Below are positions 1-16,049 of a stretch of DNA of 64,000 nucleotides, piece by piece. Both the position numbers and the translations under genes were made by a program. Source of the stretch: the human T2T-CHM13v2.0 reference genome, Homo sapiens; the NCBI RefSeq assembly GCF_009914755.1, contig NC_060931.1, one strand, 5' to 3'. Below the pieces are notes generated by a model that had not been told where the DNA came from, made no database searches, and worked only from the letters and a program-made list of their open reading frames with translations. Within the stretch, counting starts at the first letter, position 1. Each line of letters opens with the position of its first letter.

Positions 1-18
1 GTAACCCCTTGCTTGTAG

Positions 19-330
<312 letters not shown>

Positions 331-547
331 ATAGAAAACAGTTTTCAATAGCAAACAGTAGCAGTATGCTTGGGGGTTTTAGGATTGATTATTTTCAAAT
401 CTCTAGAAAAGTTCAATGCATTACCTTAGGCTATAATCCCAGGGCAGAGTCTCATCTGTTAATAGGGGGCTGGTCTAAGGGTCCTTCCAGCTCTCAGATT
501 AATGGTTTCCCATGTTGAACTGCTCCCTTCCACCCATCCATCCTTGG

Positions 548-687
548 TTTTGTTTGTTTGTTTGTTTTTACAGGACAAGATCGCACTATATTGCCCAGGC
601 TGGTCTTGAACTCCTGGCCTTAAGTGATCCTCCTGCCTTGGCCTCCCAAAGTGCTGGAGTTACAGATGTGAGCCTCTGTGCTCAGCC
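548..687 (-). mobile_element. Alu left monomer (FLAM_C-like)
   Basis: Single monomer with (TTTG)n tail; TSD CCATCCTTGG at 538-547 and 687-696. Confidence 0.9.
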
Positions 688-1146
688 CATCCTTGGCTGT
701 TCAATTGTGGAGGTAAGTAGTAGATGCTAAGTTTACCTCCAGGTCAGAAGGGACAGATGCCCCAGGGCAGAATCATAACCATAACCAGGCCTCCCAATGC
801 ATGAAGACATTATGTTCTGAAGCTTAAACCTGGACAAAGTTCTGACCAGTAGCACTGTGTTCATGAATATCGGGTCAAAAATTTAAAACTGGGACTATCC
901 AGAAGAACCTGGTAGATGCAGGTGCAGTCCACAGTCCAATGGTCAGCCATGAAAACAGGCTACCTGTTCTTTCTCTTTATCATGGAGTCGTTGATGTAAA
1001 AATCGATGACACTTTCTTCCTTCTGGTGTACTTCCCTTTCTTCTTCATTTTCCATAAGTAGTTTCCTCCATCCCACCTCCCAACAGGCCACAGTCAATTC
1101 AGGACATTTTAACCATGAAAATGAGTCTCCATAACACGAATTTAGA

Positions 1147-1451
1147 GGCCAGGCAGGGTGGCTCATGTCTGTAATCCCAGCACTCTGGGAGGCTGAAGTG
1201 GGAGAATGGCTTGAGCTTAGGAATTTGAGACCAGCCTGGGCAACATGGTGAAACCCTGTCTCTAACCAAAAATAAATGAATAAAAAAAAATAAGCCATGT
1301 ATGGTGGTGCATGCTACTAGTCCAGCTACTCAGGAGGCTGAGGTGGGAGGATTGCTTGAGTCAAGGAGGTGAAGTCTGAAGTGGGCCAAGATCATGCCAC
1401 TGCAATCCATCCTGGGCAACAGAGTGAGACCTTATCTCAAGAAAAAAAAAA
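1147..1451 (+). mobile_element. Alu (AluJ-type)
   Basis: GGCCAGGC start, J-type GCTTGAG...AGG and CTGGGCAACA motifs, A tail. Confidence 0.93.
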
Positions 1452-1772
1452 GGTTTATAGGACAGACTGACTCTCTTATTACAAGCCAATGCTTATTTGC
1501 CATTCCATAAATCCTAGGGCACCTCTTAAGAATTATGCTAAATCTACTCTACCTGTGCTCTATAAATGGATTCACTATTGTAGATGCCACTAAGAACATT
1601 CATGATTCACCAGAGGAGGTAAAAATAGCAGCAGTCATAGGAGGTTGGAAGAATTTGATTCCAACCCTCATAAATGATTTTGAGGGGTTCAAGACTTTAG
1701 CAGAGGAAGTAACCACAGTTGTGGTGAAGATAGCAAGAGAACTAGAATTACAAGTGGAGCCTGAAGATGTGA

Positions 1773-2090
<318 letters not shown>

Positions 2091-2626
2091 AAATTGCTGC
2101 AATCTTAATGGATGAAGAGTTCCTTATGATGAATGAGCAAAGACAGTGGTTTCTTGGGATGGAATCTACTCCTGGTGAAGATGCTGTGAACATTGTGGAA
2201 AGAACAACAAAGGACTTAGAATATTCCATAAACTTAGTTGATAGAGGAGTGGCAGGGTTTGAGAAGATTAGTTCCAGTTTTGATATAAATTCTACTGTGG
2301 GTAAAATGCTACCAAACTGTACAGCATGCTACAGTGAAATCTTTTGTGAAAGCAAGAGTCAGTCAATGCGGCAAACTTCATTGTCATGTTATTTTAAGAA
2401 ATTGCCACACCCTCTCCAGTCCTCAGCAACCATCACCCTGATCAGTCAGTAGCTATCAACACTGAGGCAAGACCATCCACCAGTAAAATGATGATGACTT
2501 GCTGAAGGCCCAGATGATGGTTAGCATTTTTTGGCAGTCAAGTATTTTCAAAGTAAGGTATATACATTCTATTTTAGACATAATGCTATTGCACACTTAA
2601 TTGACTACAGTAGTTTAAACATAACT

Positions 2627-2944
<318 letters not shown>

Positions 2945-3043
2945 TGACTTGCAAAAACTTTCGTGTGACTTGCTCTATTGTGATATTCACCTTATTGTGG
3001 TGACTTAGAACCAAACCTGCAATATCTCCAAGGTGTGCCTGTA

Positions 3044-3500
3044 CCCCTGAAAACAGAGCTGAAGTAAAGACTTGGGTGTGGATGGTTTATTTGGGAAGTG
3101 ATTCCAAGAAGCAAGAGTGAGATGTGAGAAGAGTGAACCAGGCAAGAAAAAAAAAGCCAAAATAACGGCATGCTATTGAGGCTGCTCCCATGCACTTTTT
3201 TTTATGCGGGACCTTCTGAGAAGCTCTGGAAAGTTATCCAGGACTGTCCACCTGAAACATGAGCCTCGAGCATTTGCCCACCTGTCACACACTGGTTGAG
3301 GTCCTCCCCTGAGGCTGTTAACCTGCAAGTGTTTCTGGGCTGTATTTGTGCTCAGGCAAAATCCTACAATAGTGGAGATGTCTCGGGGCGGAAAGTGTAG
3401 CTTGAGTTTGCTGGCAGCAAAAGGGAAGCCTGTGCTTCAGTGGAACTCCCCACGGTGGCTGAGAGTGAATGAAAGGTGTGCTGAGAAGACATGACACAGT
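3044..3500 (-). mobile_element. Old ERVL LTR fragment (LTR16/LTR33-like)
   Basis: GGTTTATTTGGGAAGTGATTCCAAGAAGCA resembles the antisense poly(A)-signal region of these LTRs. Confidence 0.5.
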
Positions 3501-3519
3501 CGTCATTTCACGGAGGAAT

Positions 3520-4105
3520 CATAGCCATCGATCTTGGCAAGAGGACCCCTGCCCTGAATCCTGGGCTTGAGAAAGTGCCTCTCTGGCCCTCCACTGACTG
3601 TACCCTGGCCCACCCAGAGCTCTCACCCTCTCTTCTAGGACACACGCTGGGCACTCAGGCCCCTGGCTAAATGTGCCTGAGCCTGCATGGCCTCTTCCCT
3701 GGGTCCATTTCAAAGTGCAAACTGTGTTTGTCCAAATGGTGACCAAGGCTCTGCTCTCTGAAGGGGTGAGAATTGTGGATGGAGCTTGCATGGGGCCTAG
3801 GGAGTCCCAAACACAGGGGTACGCAAGGCTTCTCAAGTAAGGACAGGGCTAGCTATGATGAAAGAAAAAAGTTTAGCCTGGGGCTGAGGATCAGCTCTCC
3901 CTTTACTACCACATTCCCGTGCAGAGCACCAAGAAATCAGAGAATTCTACACTCGACTTCGACCTTGTGGGTTATTATGGCGGTATATTTATTGAAGTAG
4001 AAGAATAGAATGTATTTAGCTATTTTTTAGCTTCATTTATAATTCATAATTATTTAGACATAATGCAAATATGGGCTGGAATTCATGTTCTGATTTTTGT
4101 GGCCT
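3520..4105. mobile_element. MER115-like hAT (Tip100/Zaphod) fossil
   Basis: GGCAAGAGGACCCCTGCCCTG near one end and GGTTATTATGGCGGTATATTTATTGAAGTAGAAGAATAGAA...ATTTAGACATA near the other match the recalled MER115 consensus. Confidence 0.65.
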
Positions 4106-4483
4106 TGAGCTAAGGAAAAGGGACCCAGGAAATGGGCTTTATGTGCTTGGATGGCTTCATGGAATCCCCAACTTCATTAGCTTCTGTGATGACTCAAGAT
4201 TGTTACTAAAATCCACTTTGTATTATCTTTAAAAACCAAGGGATATTATGTAGCTTAGCAGTTAGAAGGCACTTGACTCAAAATATCTATGAACCAAAGG
4301 ATATAAATGACTAAGAGCAGGAGGATCATTACCTGAAGGGGTGGAGGGTTGATCTCAGGATATGACCTGTGAGATCCTTCCTGCTGGCTCAGTGCTGACT
4401 GAACGTGGGGCAGGAGAGCCCCAGGAGCAACACATGTCTGGGATAGGAGGGAATGCGGGGAGGAAGGAAAGAGAAATAGGCCC

Positions 4484-4770
4484 TTTTTGTTTTTATTGAT
4501 ACATGACAATTATAATTATTTCTGAGGTACATGTGATATTTTGATACATGCATACAATGTGCACTGATCAAATCAACATAATTTGCATTTCCATCACCTC
4601 AAACATTTATCATTTATTTGTGTTAGGAAAATTCCACATCTTTCCTCTAGCCATTTTGAAATGTATAATAAGTTATTGTTAACGATCATCACCCTACTGT
4701 GCTATTGAACACTAGAACTTCTTCTGTTCCTTCCATCTAACTGTATTTTTGTGCCCATTAACCAACTTCT
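4484..4770 (-). mobile_element. L1MA 3' end fragment
   Basis: GGTACATGTGATATTTTGATACATGCATACAATGTG...CCATCACCTCAAACATTTATCATT typical of L1MA 3' UTR. Confidence 0.85.
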
Positions 4771-5057
4771 GGGAAGGGTAAAAGAGTGGGTGGATGAAAA
4801 GGGCCCTTCTTAATGCAAAGAAAATCTTACGAGAAGGGAAGACATCTTAGGAGGAAAAATAAAAAGGTGGACCATGGGCTTAGAGTGGGGACTGCAGAAA
4901 TTGAATGGCAAAGAAAAAACCAACTTAGCAATGTGAAAATAAATCTCAATGTCATTCCTTTCACAAGCCCAATGTCTGATATTCTTTTGGCCAGCTGGAT
5001 ATGAAGTAGGAATCTTTCTTTGAGTCATACATTTTCATGATTTTGATTATTATTGAA

Positions 5058-5310
5058 TAATAGCTGGCAATTATTGAGAGCAATTATTGAGGACAATTAT
5101 TGAGCTTTGACAAGCTCTTTTCAAAGGCCTTTATATATGTTTTCTCCACTTCTAACTGTTAGATATTCTTATTATTCCCATTTTGTAGATGAGGGATGCA
5201 CAGGCATAAAGCCTATGTGGAGGCAGAGAGCAGCTAAGTAACCTGACCATGGCCCAATAGCAAACAAATGATGGGGCCACATGCAAATCAAGGCAGAACC
5301 CTTCTATTAT
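5058..5310 (-). mobile_element. MIR
   Basis: Core ATTATTCCCATTTTGTAGATGAGG. Confidence 0.7.
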
Positions 5311-5396
5311 ATAAAGCTCAATGTTTTCTAGTTTTCATCTTGTTATGAAAACACCTATTTGCAAAGGAGTTTTGAAGCTACATTAAAACATTTTGT

Positions 5397-5699
<303 letters not shown>

Positions 5700-5793
5700 G
5701 ATTGAATTTTGAGCTCCTGACCATGTCCCTAGATTGTACTCATATGTATTTTGATGTCTTCTAAGATTTATTCTTAGTGCATTTTTTAAGTTA

Positions 5794-5895
5794 AAGTATT
5801 TACTGAGCATCTACTGTATATCAAATGCTGAGATAGGCATCAGCGGTGCAGGGAACCTATGGCACAGTCTCTGCCCTCAAGTAACTTTCACTCAC
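5794..5895 (-). mobile_element. L2 3' end fragment
   Basis: TATTTACTGAGCATCTACTGTATATCAAATGCTG...TCTCTGCCCTCAAG. Confidence 0.6.
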
Positions 5896-6499
5896 CACAT
5901 ATATTTATTAGGACACCAATACATGTGTGCATATAAGATAGTAAGATAGACATTGCAACAAATAATTATTTACTGTAAACCTATTTCATAGGATTTTAAT
6001 CTTAAAGTACTTTCATCCTATTTCCAAAAAAAAAAATGTATTGCATAACGTTAAAGGGATTCTCAGTTTGAAATCATCATATGAACTGCAGTAGCATCTG
6101 CTGGTGAAATACTGCTTTGTATCTATTAGAATAGTCCAAACAATTCAGAGAGAACTGCATTATTAGAGCTGTAAAAGTTACTGTCTGGAAATCTCAGAAA
6201 AGAAGAAGAAGTTCTATGGTAGATGAATAAGATGACATCTAAAATGTTCTCTTAAGCTACTGAAGTTCTGTGGATATCTCACAGCACAAAGTTCAAGTAT
6301 ATGCCCACAACTCCTCATGCCACAAGATGTGACACCTTTCCAGTCTCTTTTTGCAAAAGTTTCCAATTATGTCTCTTATAAGAGTACTTTTAATACCCAC
6401 ATATTCCGGATTTTGTGGTGCACGCATCGACAAGATGGGAAGGGGGCTTCCAATTGTTGATGCCAGCTGCTCTATGGACCAGGCCCTGCCCATGCATCC

Positions 6500-6670
6500 A
6501 TGTTGGTTCTTTTATCCCTACATCAGCCATAGCCCATAGGCATTAACCTCCATTGTACAGATGAAGAACTTGAAACTCTAAGAGAATATGCAATTTATCC
6601 AGAGTCATGGAGCTTGTGTATGTAAGAGTTGGAATGAAAATCCAATCTGAGTCTCAAGTCCCCTTCCACA
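6500..6670 (-). mobile_element. MIR
   Basis: Core CCTCCATTGTACAGATGAAGAA. Confidence 0.6.
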
Positions 6671-7094
6671 ATATGGTTTCCATTTCATTTTGCAATCACC
6701 TTAGCTGGGATATGTCTGCTCTAAAAGATAGTAAGTAGGAATACTTGTCTCTATACCATAACCTAACATCCATGGGCTTCGTTTTTGTATTTGGAAGTGC
6801 CATAACATTATAATAATCTGATTTTATTTGAATAGTGAGTATTATACTACTCAGTCCAGGGATCTGTGACATCCCAGTCTAAACTGGATGATAGCAATGA
6901 AGCTTCTTCAAGGAGACAAGTATGAGTAATAAAGTAGAAATAAGTTGAATTTCTACAGAGTTGCTACTTCTGAATTTAAAGCTAGCTGAGGTTAAGTAGA
7001 TATTCAAAAAGATCGCGACAATCTTCACTTGAATAATATAAACATTTATTATTTTTTACATATTTATTTATTTATGGAACATAGATGTAATTTT

Positions 7095-7408
7095 AAAACA
7101 GAATATTTGCAAATTGTATTAAAATATATTAAAAACATAATACATTATGACCCAATAGAGTTTTTCACAGTAACTCAGTGTTAGTTTAAAATGTGAAATT
7201 CAATCAATATAATTCACCATAGAATATAGTGTGTAGGTCAGTATAATGTATATCAAAATTGGAAAGAAGTAAATTTATCTTTGTTTTTTAGTAAGATGAA
7301 ATTAAAATTTTAATGAATTTCAACTTTCATTTTAGATTCCAGAGGGTACCTATGGAGGTTTATTACATGGGTGTATTGTGTGATGCTGATATTTGGGGTA
7401 TGAATGAA
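7095..7408. mobile_element. Old L1 ORF2 remnant (+, ~7095-7225) and L1PB-like 3' end (-, ~7315-7408)
   Basis: CATAATACATTATGACCCAATAGAG...AATCAATATAATTCACCATA; ATTTCAACTTTCATTTTAGATTC...TTACATGGGTGTATTGTGTGATGCTGA. Confidence 0.6.
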
Positions 7409-7625
7409 GGTGTGAGTGCCTGTCTTGAATTGCACCGAGAGCAATCTCCCCTGATCAGCAGAGGGTAAACTAACTTGAATTACACTTGAATTTCTTAGGA
7501 GAGCAGGTCACAAAGGGAAAATTGTGGTCCAGAGACAAAAGTGTCCAATGGTCTAAAATGAGCCTGCCATATCACTTAGGGTACAGGTCTTAACAGAAAT
7601 ACATTTCAGAAAGGGGTCAAACCCT

Positions 7626-8126
7626 TGTTTAAAGATAAATGTAAGCTGGGTGTGGAGGCACACGTCTATAGTTCCAGCTACTCAGGAGGCTGAGGCAGGC
7701 GGATCCTTTGAGTTCAGGAGTTTAAGACCAGCCTGGACAACATAGGAAGATCCCATCTCAATTTTTAAAAATGAGAAAAAATAGATAAACATAAGCATAT
7801 TAACATTTTAAAGAGTTTATTTAAGCAAACAGAGATTCATGGATCAGCCAGCTCCAAACTGAAAGTGGTTGGAGGATCTACTGGAGGCGTTTGTAGGGAA
7901 GGCTTTTATAGGGTGAATGTAGAAGTAGAGTAAAGAAATTATTTGTTTGGCAAAAATTTGGGCAGTTGTATTATTTGAACTATCCTGGCGGTAGGTCTCT
8001 CATTACACAGCTAATACTCAGCAGGCCACTTGGTGGTGGGCTAAGCTTGTTTCATATTTTTCTATGTAGGAACCCAGGCCATGGGAGCTATCTCAGCCTA
8101 ATGCTCTCCCATTACGTTATTTTACA
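7626..8126 (-). mobile_element. ERV1 solo LTR (MER93-like) interrupted by an Alu monomer
   Basis: TG...CA ends; AAAGAGTTTATTTAAGCAAACAGAGATTCATG and TAGGAACCCAGG...CTCAGCCTAATG resemble the recalled MER93 consensus. Confidence 0.65.
7645..7782 (+). mobile_element. Alu monomer (FLAM_A-like)
   Basis: TAGTTCCAGCTACTC...AGACCAGCCTGGACAACATAG single monomer; TSD at 7633-7646 and 7783-7796. Confidence 0.85.
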
Positions 8127-8599
8127 GCTCTCTGTATCAGGGTAAGTGGGGATCTTCCCCCACAAGGCTTCTTACCACCCTGTTTCCCTCAGCAAAATGA
8201 AACTGTCCCTTTTGCCTCTGTAGGCAATCTTTTGAACAGGGCTTTCCTAATATTCTTATCTCATCTTATTTTATCTTATCCTCTTCTCTGTACCTTGTTT
8301 ACATGCTTCTGGAACACTTGTGTGTCTTGCACCCATTCCCTGCATTATTTAGGCAATCCTAAAAGAAGACTCTTGGATGGATTGGTAGAGAACTGCTGGC
8401 ATATTGAGCCCTCTCTCCTTGTATCTGGAACTTTCATAATTACCTTAGTTCTCCAAGCCAATTTTGCAATTGTCTTCGTTCTCCACTTCAAAATACATTT
8501 ACCTCTGACAGAAGCTGAGCAAATAAAAGGGACTTTGTCCAGTGGTACATATGAGGCAGGAGACATGATATAGTTAAAATTATAAACTAAAAGCTTTCT

Positions 8600-9589
8600 G
8601 ACACCAAAAGCATAAGTAACAAAAAAAAAAATAAGTAAATTGGACTTCACCAAAATTTAAAACTTTTGTGCAACCAGAGGACAACTGGCAGAATGGAAGA
8701 AAATATTTCAAATAATATCTTTGATAAGGGATCAGTATGCAGAATATAAAAAGAATTCCTACAACTCAACAATAAATAAACAACCTAATTAAAAAATCAG
8801 CAAAGGACTTACATAGAAAATTTCCCAAAAAAGATATACAACTGGCCATCAAGCACATCAAAGATGCTGAACATCACTGATTACTAAGGAAATACAAATC
8901 AAAACCATAGTAAGATACCACTTCATACACATTAAGATGGCAATCATCAAAAAAGCAGGGAATAACAAGTGTTGGTGAGGATGTAGCCAAGTCGAAACTC
9001 TTGTACATTGCCGGTGGACTCTACAGCAGTATAGTCATGGTGGAAAAGAGTACAGTGGTTCCTAAATTAAAAATAAATGGAACATAGGCTGGGCTCAGTG
9101 GCTCATGCCTGTTATCCCAGCACTTTAGGACACCGAGGTGGCCAGATCACGAGGTCAGGTGTTCAAGACCAGCCTGACCAACATGGTGAAACCCTGTCTC
9201 AACTAAAAATACAAAAATTAGCTGGGAGTGGTGCTGCATGCCTGTAATCCCAGCTACTCAGGAGGCTGAGGCAGCAGAATCACTTGAATCTGGGAGGTGG
9301 AGGTTGCAGTGAGCCAAGAGAGTCAGACTCCAGCTCAAAAATAAATAAATAAATAAATAAATAGAAATGAAACACAGAATTACTATATCAGTCAGCAAGT
9401 CCACTTCTGGGTTTAAACCCACAAAAATTGAAAGCAGGGACTTCAACAGATATTTGCAAATTCATGTGCACAGCAGCATTATTCATGATAGCCAAAAGGT
9501 GGAAGCATTCATTGACAGAGGAATGGATAAACAAAATGTGGTACAGATATACAGTGGAATATTACTTAGCCTTAAAAAGGGACATTCTG
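8600..9589 (+). mobile_element. L1MB-type ORF2 3' region, interrupted by Alu, 3' end missing
   Basis: GAAATACAAATCAAAACCATAGTAAGATACCACTTC; GAATGGATAAACAAAATGTGGTAC; stops at AAAAAGGGACATTCTG. Confidence 0.88.
9087..9362 (+). mobile_element. Alu (AluSg-like) inside L1
   Basis: GATCACGAGGTCAGG diagnostic; short 3' deletion; (TAAA)n tail. Confidence 0.92.
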
Positions 9590-10665
9590 TGGAATGTGGT
9601 TTGAAAACCACTTCTGTTAGGTGTTGTGTAAATGTACAAAATCCAAACCAGGTTAATAACCCATATAAAATTTAACTTATAACATTAAGACCCTGATAAA
9701 TTTCACTCTCTGCTTCATAGCAAATAATTTGTTTTGAATGCAGATATATATTTTTTAAATAGAAGACTGTGCACTAAACTATAGTCCTTAAACCAAAATC
9801 CTATGTATAAAACCACATATTTTCTATTGATTTGCATTTTTAAATGTAAAAATGGATTCACATTTCTATTTGTAAAATGCCAGACTCAAAATACTTTTAC
9901 TGCTATGATTCCATGTTTTATTTACTGAGGAGGCAAACCATACTAACGGAGAATCAGGGTTTTGTGACCATCCATTTTAAATATAATTGCCTCTACTATT
10001 TCTAAGTCCCTGTTCTGCAACGCTGTGGCTCTTTTAAATTTGAGAAACAGTTTTGATGGGCCCCGTATGGAGTGTTATTATTTCCCAGAGGTACTATTAA
10101 TAGTTTATGGCCAGACCATCCCTCCCTGAGTTTCCATTAAAAGAAAGAGGGTCTAGGTCACTGCAACTTTTTCCCAACATTGACCATCTGCCCTTGCTCC
10201 TCAGGAGCTCCCCGTGCCTCTCTGTGTATGTCTATCCCTGCAAATGCCAAGGATATGGAATAAGTGAGCCTACTGCCCCTGTGGCACTGCAGGGGGACTT
10301 CTTGGTGAAGTGTCTACATCTATATGATGTCTCCTCACTTCTTCAATCTGTTCACTAATGTAGAATTAGGTCAGGCACAAGCTATCACAAAAAAAGAAAC
10401 ATAGAGTGTTTGATGTCCACAAATGTATTCACTGTAGGTAACTTAGAAATACATATGCACAAAATCCAAACCAAATATACACCCTAAATATCACCACTAG
10501 AAACAACTATTTTGGAATAATTATAGTACTCTCATTATTATTTTAATTAGTCACTTGTGATCTCTTTTACTTAAAACTTAAAAACTGGGTACTAAATGAT
10601 TTTTTAAGATACACAACTGGTAGAAAAACCTAATCTACTATTTTCACAAAACTTCAACACAATAA

Positions 10666-13071
<2,406 letters not shown>

Positions 13072-14081
13072 GAGAGAAAATATCTTAAAACTTCATAGAA
13101 TCTCTAACTTTATTAATATAATCAGCATACAATAAGGTAATCATAAAGGTATCATGAGAAATAAAATTTCATGAAAGCTTATGTTTGTAGAAATAGCTTG
13201 TTTCAGGAAAATCATAGTCTTATTTTTAAAAAATTGTCTCATAATACTTTATGGCATAAAATATCTTCTTTTCTGCCAGCCACGTGTATCTTTATAAAAT
13301 ACACATGGTAATCAACTAATAGCCAATCCTCATCAGGATCAATGAGAATCAATTGTTAAAGTAATATAAATTAATATACATTTATTAGGGAAATTCCATG
13401 AATTATCTTTTGGACCAAAAAACTATCTAGTCTGTAAATGGATCAGGTTTAGTGCATTTACAGGGTAGGTACTGAGGCCAGAAACATTCAATAGAGAGAT
13501 TCCGACTTCAGAAAGACAAACTTGAGAGAGTTCGCTGCAGAGCAAAAGCACTAATTCAGGACTGGTGGAATAGGATAGCATACAAAAGACATGGGGAAGA
13601 AGAGAATATTTGTTTCCATGCATGCATGTATTGATACAAGCAAGCTTCCATCAAAAAATGACTTTCTTCTAAAGGTTCATATGGCATAAACATTAACACT
13701 TTTCCTTTACTGCCTCACAGATCAGCTTTTCCTCCAAAGATTCTCTTTCTGGAAAAGTAAAGTCCAGAAAGAGAAATATTTAATTGTTACAGTCATAAAA
13801 ATTATACTTATTCACTAATGCTGCAGCCAGGGTAGAAGAGAGAGAAGTTCCAACTTTAGCCATATTTTCATCAACCAACTTTTCCTTCTACTTTTAAAGA
13901 CAAGCATACAGGAATGAAAGTGAGTGTTGTTATTCTGGAGAAATTCTCTTAAATTTGTGAAAGAACAAATTACTCATAATTATGAGATTTTGTAATCAGT
14001 AATACATTTCTTATTATAGTTTTTATCAGTGTGCCTCAACTGAGAAGGTTGAGACTTTCTGCTCAACATGATACCATATTA

Positions 14082-14429
14082 CAGTCATGCACCACATAAC
14101 AATGTTTGGTCAACGACAGACTTGTATATACAATGGTAGACCCATAAGATTATCTTACTGTATTTTACTGTACCTTTTCTATGTTGATGTTTGTTTAGAA
14201 ACACAAATATCTACCATTGTGTTACAATTGCCTTCAGTATTGAGTAAAGTAACATGCTATAAAGTTTTGTAGCCTAGGAGCAATAGGCTATACCATATTG
14301 CCTAGTTGTGTAGTAGTGGGCTGCAATTTAGGTTAGTGTAAGTTCACTCTATGATGTTTGCAGGAAAATGAAATTGCCCAACAATGTATTTTTCAGAAAG
14401 TATCTCTGTTATTAAGCAATGCATGATTT
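14082..14429 (+). mobile_element. Tigger3a (MER7A) non-autonomous DNA transposon
   Basis: TA-flanked; TIRs CAGTCATGC...GCATGATTT; internal GTAGCCTAGGAGCAATAGGCTATACCATA. Confidence 0.9.
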
Positions 14430-14449
14430 TATTCCCCCTCCCTTCTTAC

Positions 14450-14998
14450 TCACCTGACTCCTCATTTTCTCATACCTTGCTTAACTCATCATTTGTCAAT
14501 TCTTGCCAGTTCTTACTCCTCTGCAGTGTATTTAACATTCATCCTTTCACTATCATTTCCATTGTCATGTCTCATATTTCTATTCTCTGTCATCTGGAAA
14601 ATTGCAAAGTTTCCATGATATGGCACATTGGGGCCTGAGAATATTCATATGTACATTTTCCACTTCTATTGCACTCTGTCATGAAATTCAGTGACCACAG
14701 TATTTCCTTGTTCAAAAGCCGCCAATGGCTTTAAAGCACTTATCTAAAAGTGTTCAAGTAGCCTGGTCAAATATCAACATAGCTTACAGTGATTTCACTC
14801 TTATTCCACATAAAGGTTACGATTTAATCTGGACATATCTTGTTCTTCCCTGATTCTTATCAGACCATTTCTTCTGTTCTCTAGAATATAGATTTCATGT
14901 GGCCGGAAAATTTTTCTGTTTTGTTCTCTGCTATACTCATGGTCCCTAATGATGTGTAGGCATTTAACAAATATTAACAGTGATAATTTTTAATGAAT
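14450..14998 (+). mobile_element. L2 3' region
   Basis: TTCAAAAGCCGCCAATGGCT; CTAGAATATAGATTTCATGTGG...TGTTTTGTTCTCTGCTATA...GTAGGCATTTAACAAATATT. Confidence 0.65.
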
Positions 14999-15189
14999 CA
15001 GTTCATAAATACATGAATATTTCAAATAGTTTCATCCACATTTTTTAACCTCTGGAAATCCCCCACTTTTTATTTTTGAATGCCATTGACCACAGTGAGT
15101 GGTTTGGTCTCATCATAAGGGAAGATGGATCAGAATGAGTAAGAATTCTTTGATGAGTTTTAGGAAAGTGGAAAGATGTCCTGGTATTG

Positions 15190-15960
<771 letters not shown>

Positions 15961-16049
15961 ATAAGGGAAAGTAACAAGGAAGATCAGGGAATGTAGAAGC
16001 TGACACATTGCAGGTGACTCAAACATAAGTGGGTGAAGAAAGAATAGGT

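Noticed and set aside
960-1298. 112-aa minus-strand ORF
   Set aside because: The N-terminal half is antisense Alu translation ([10 protein letters not shown]...SQSAGIT); the rest has no recognisable domain or exon structure.
10107-10358. 83-aa ATG ORF in non-repeat sequence
   Set aside because: No recognisable homology or splice context; a length expected by chance.
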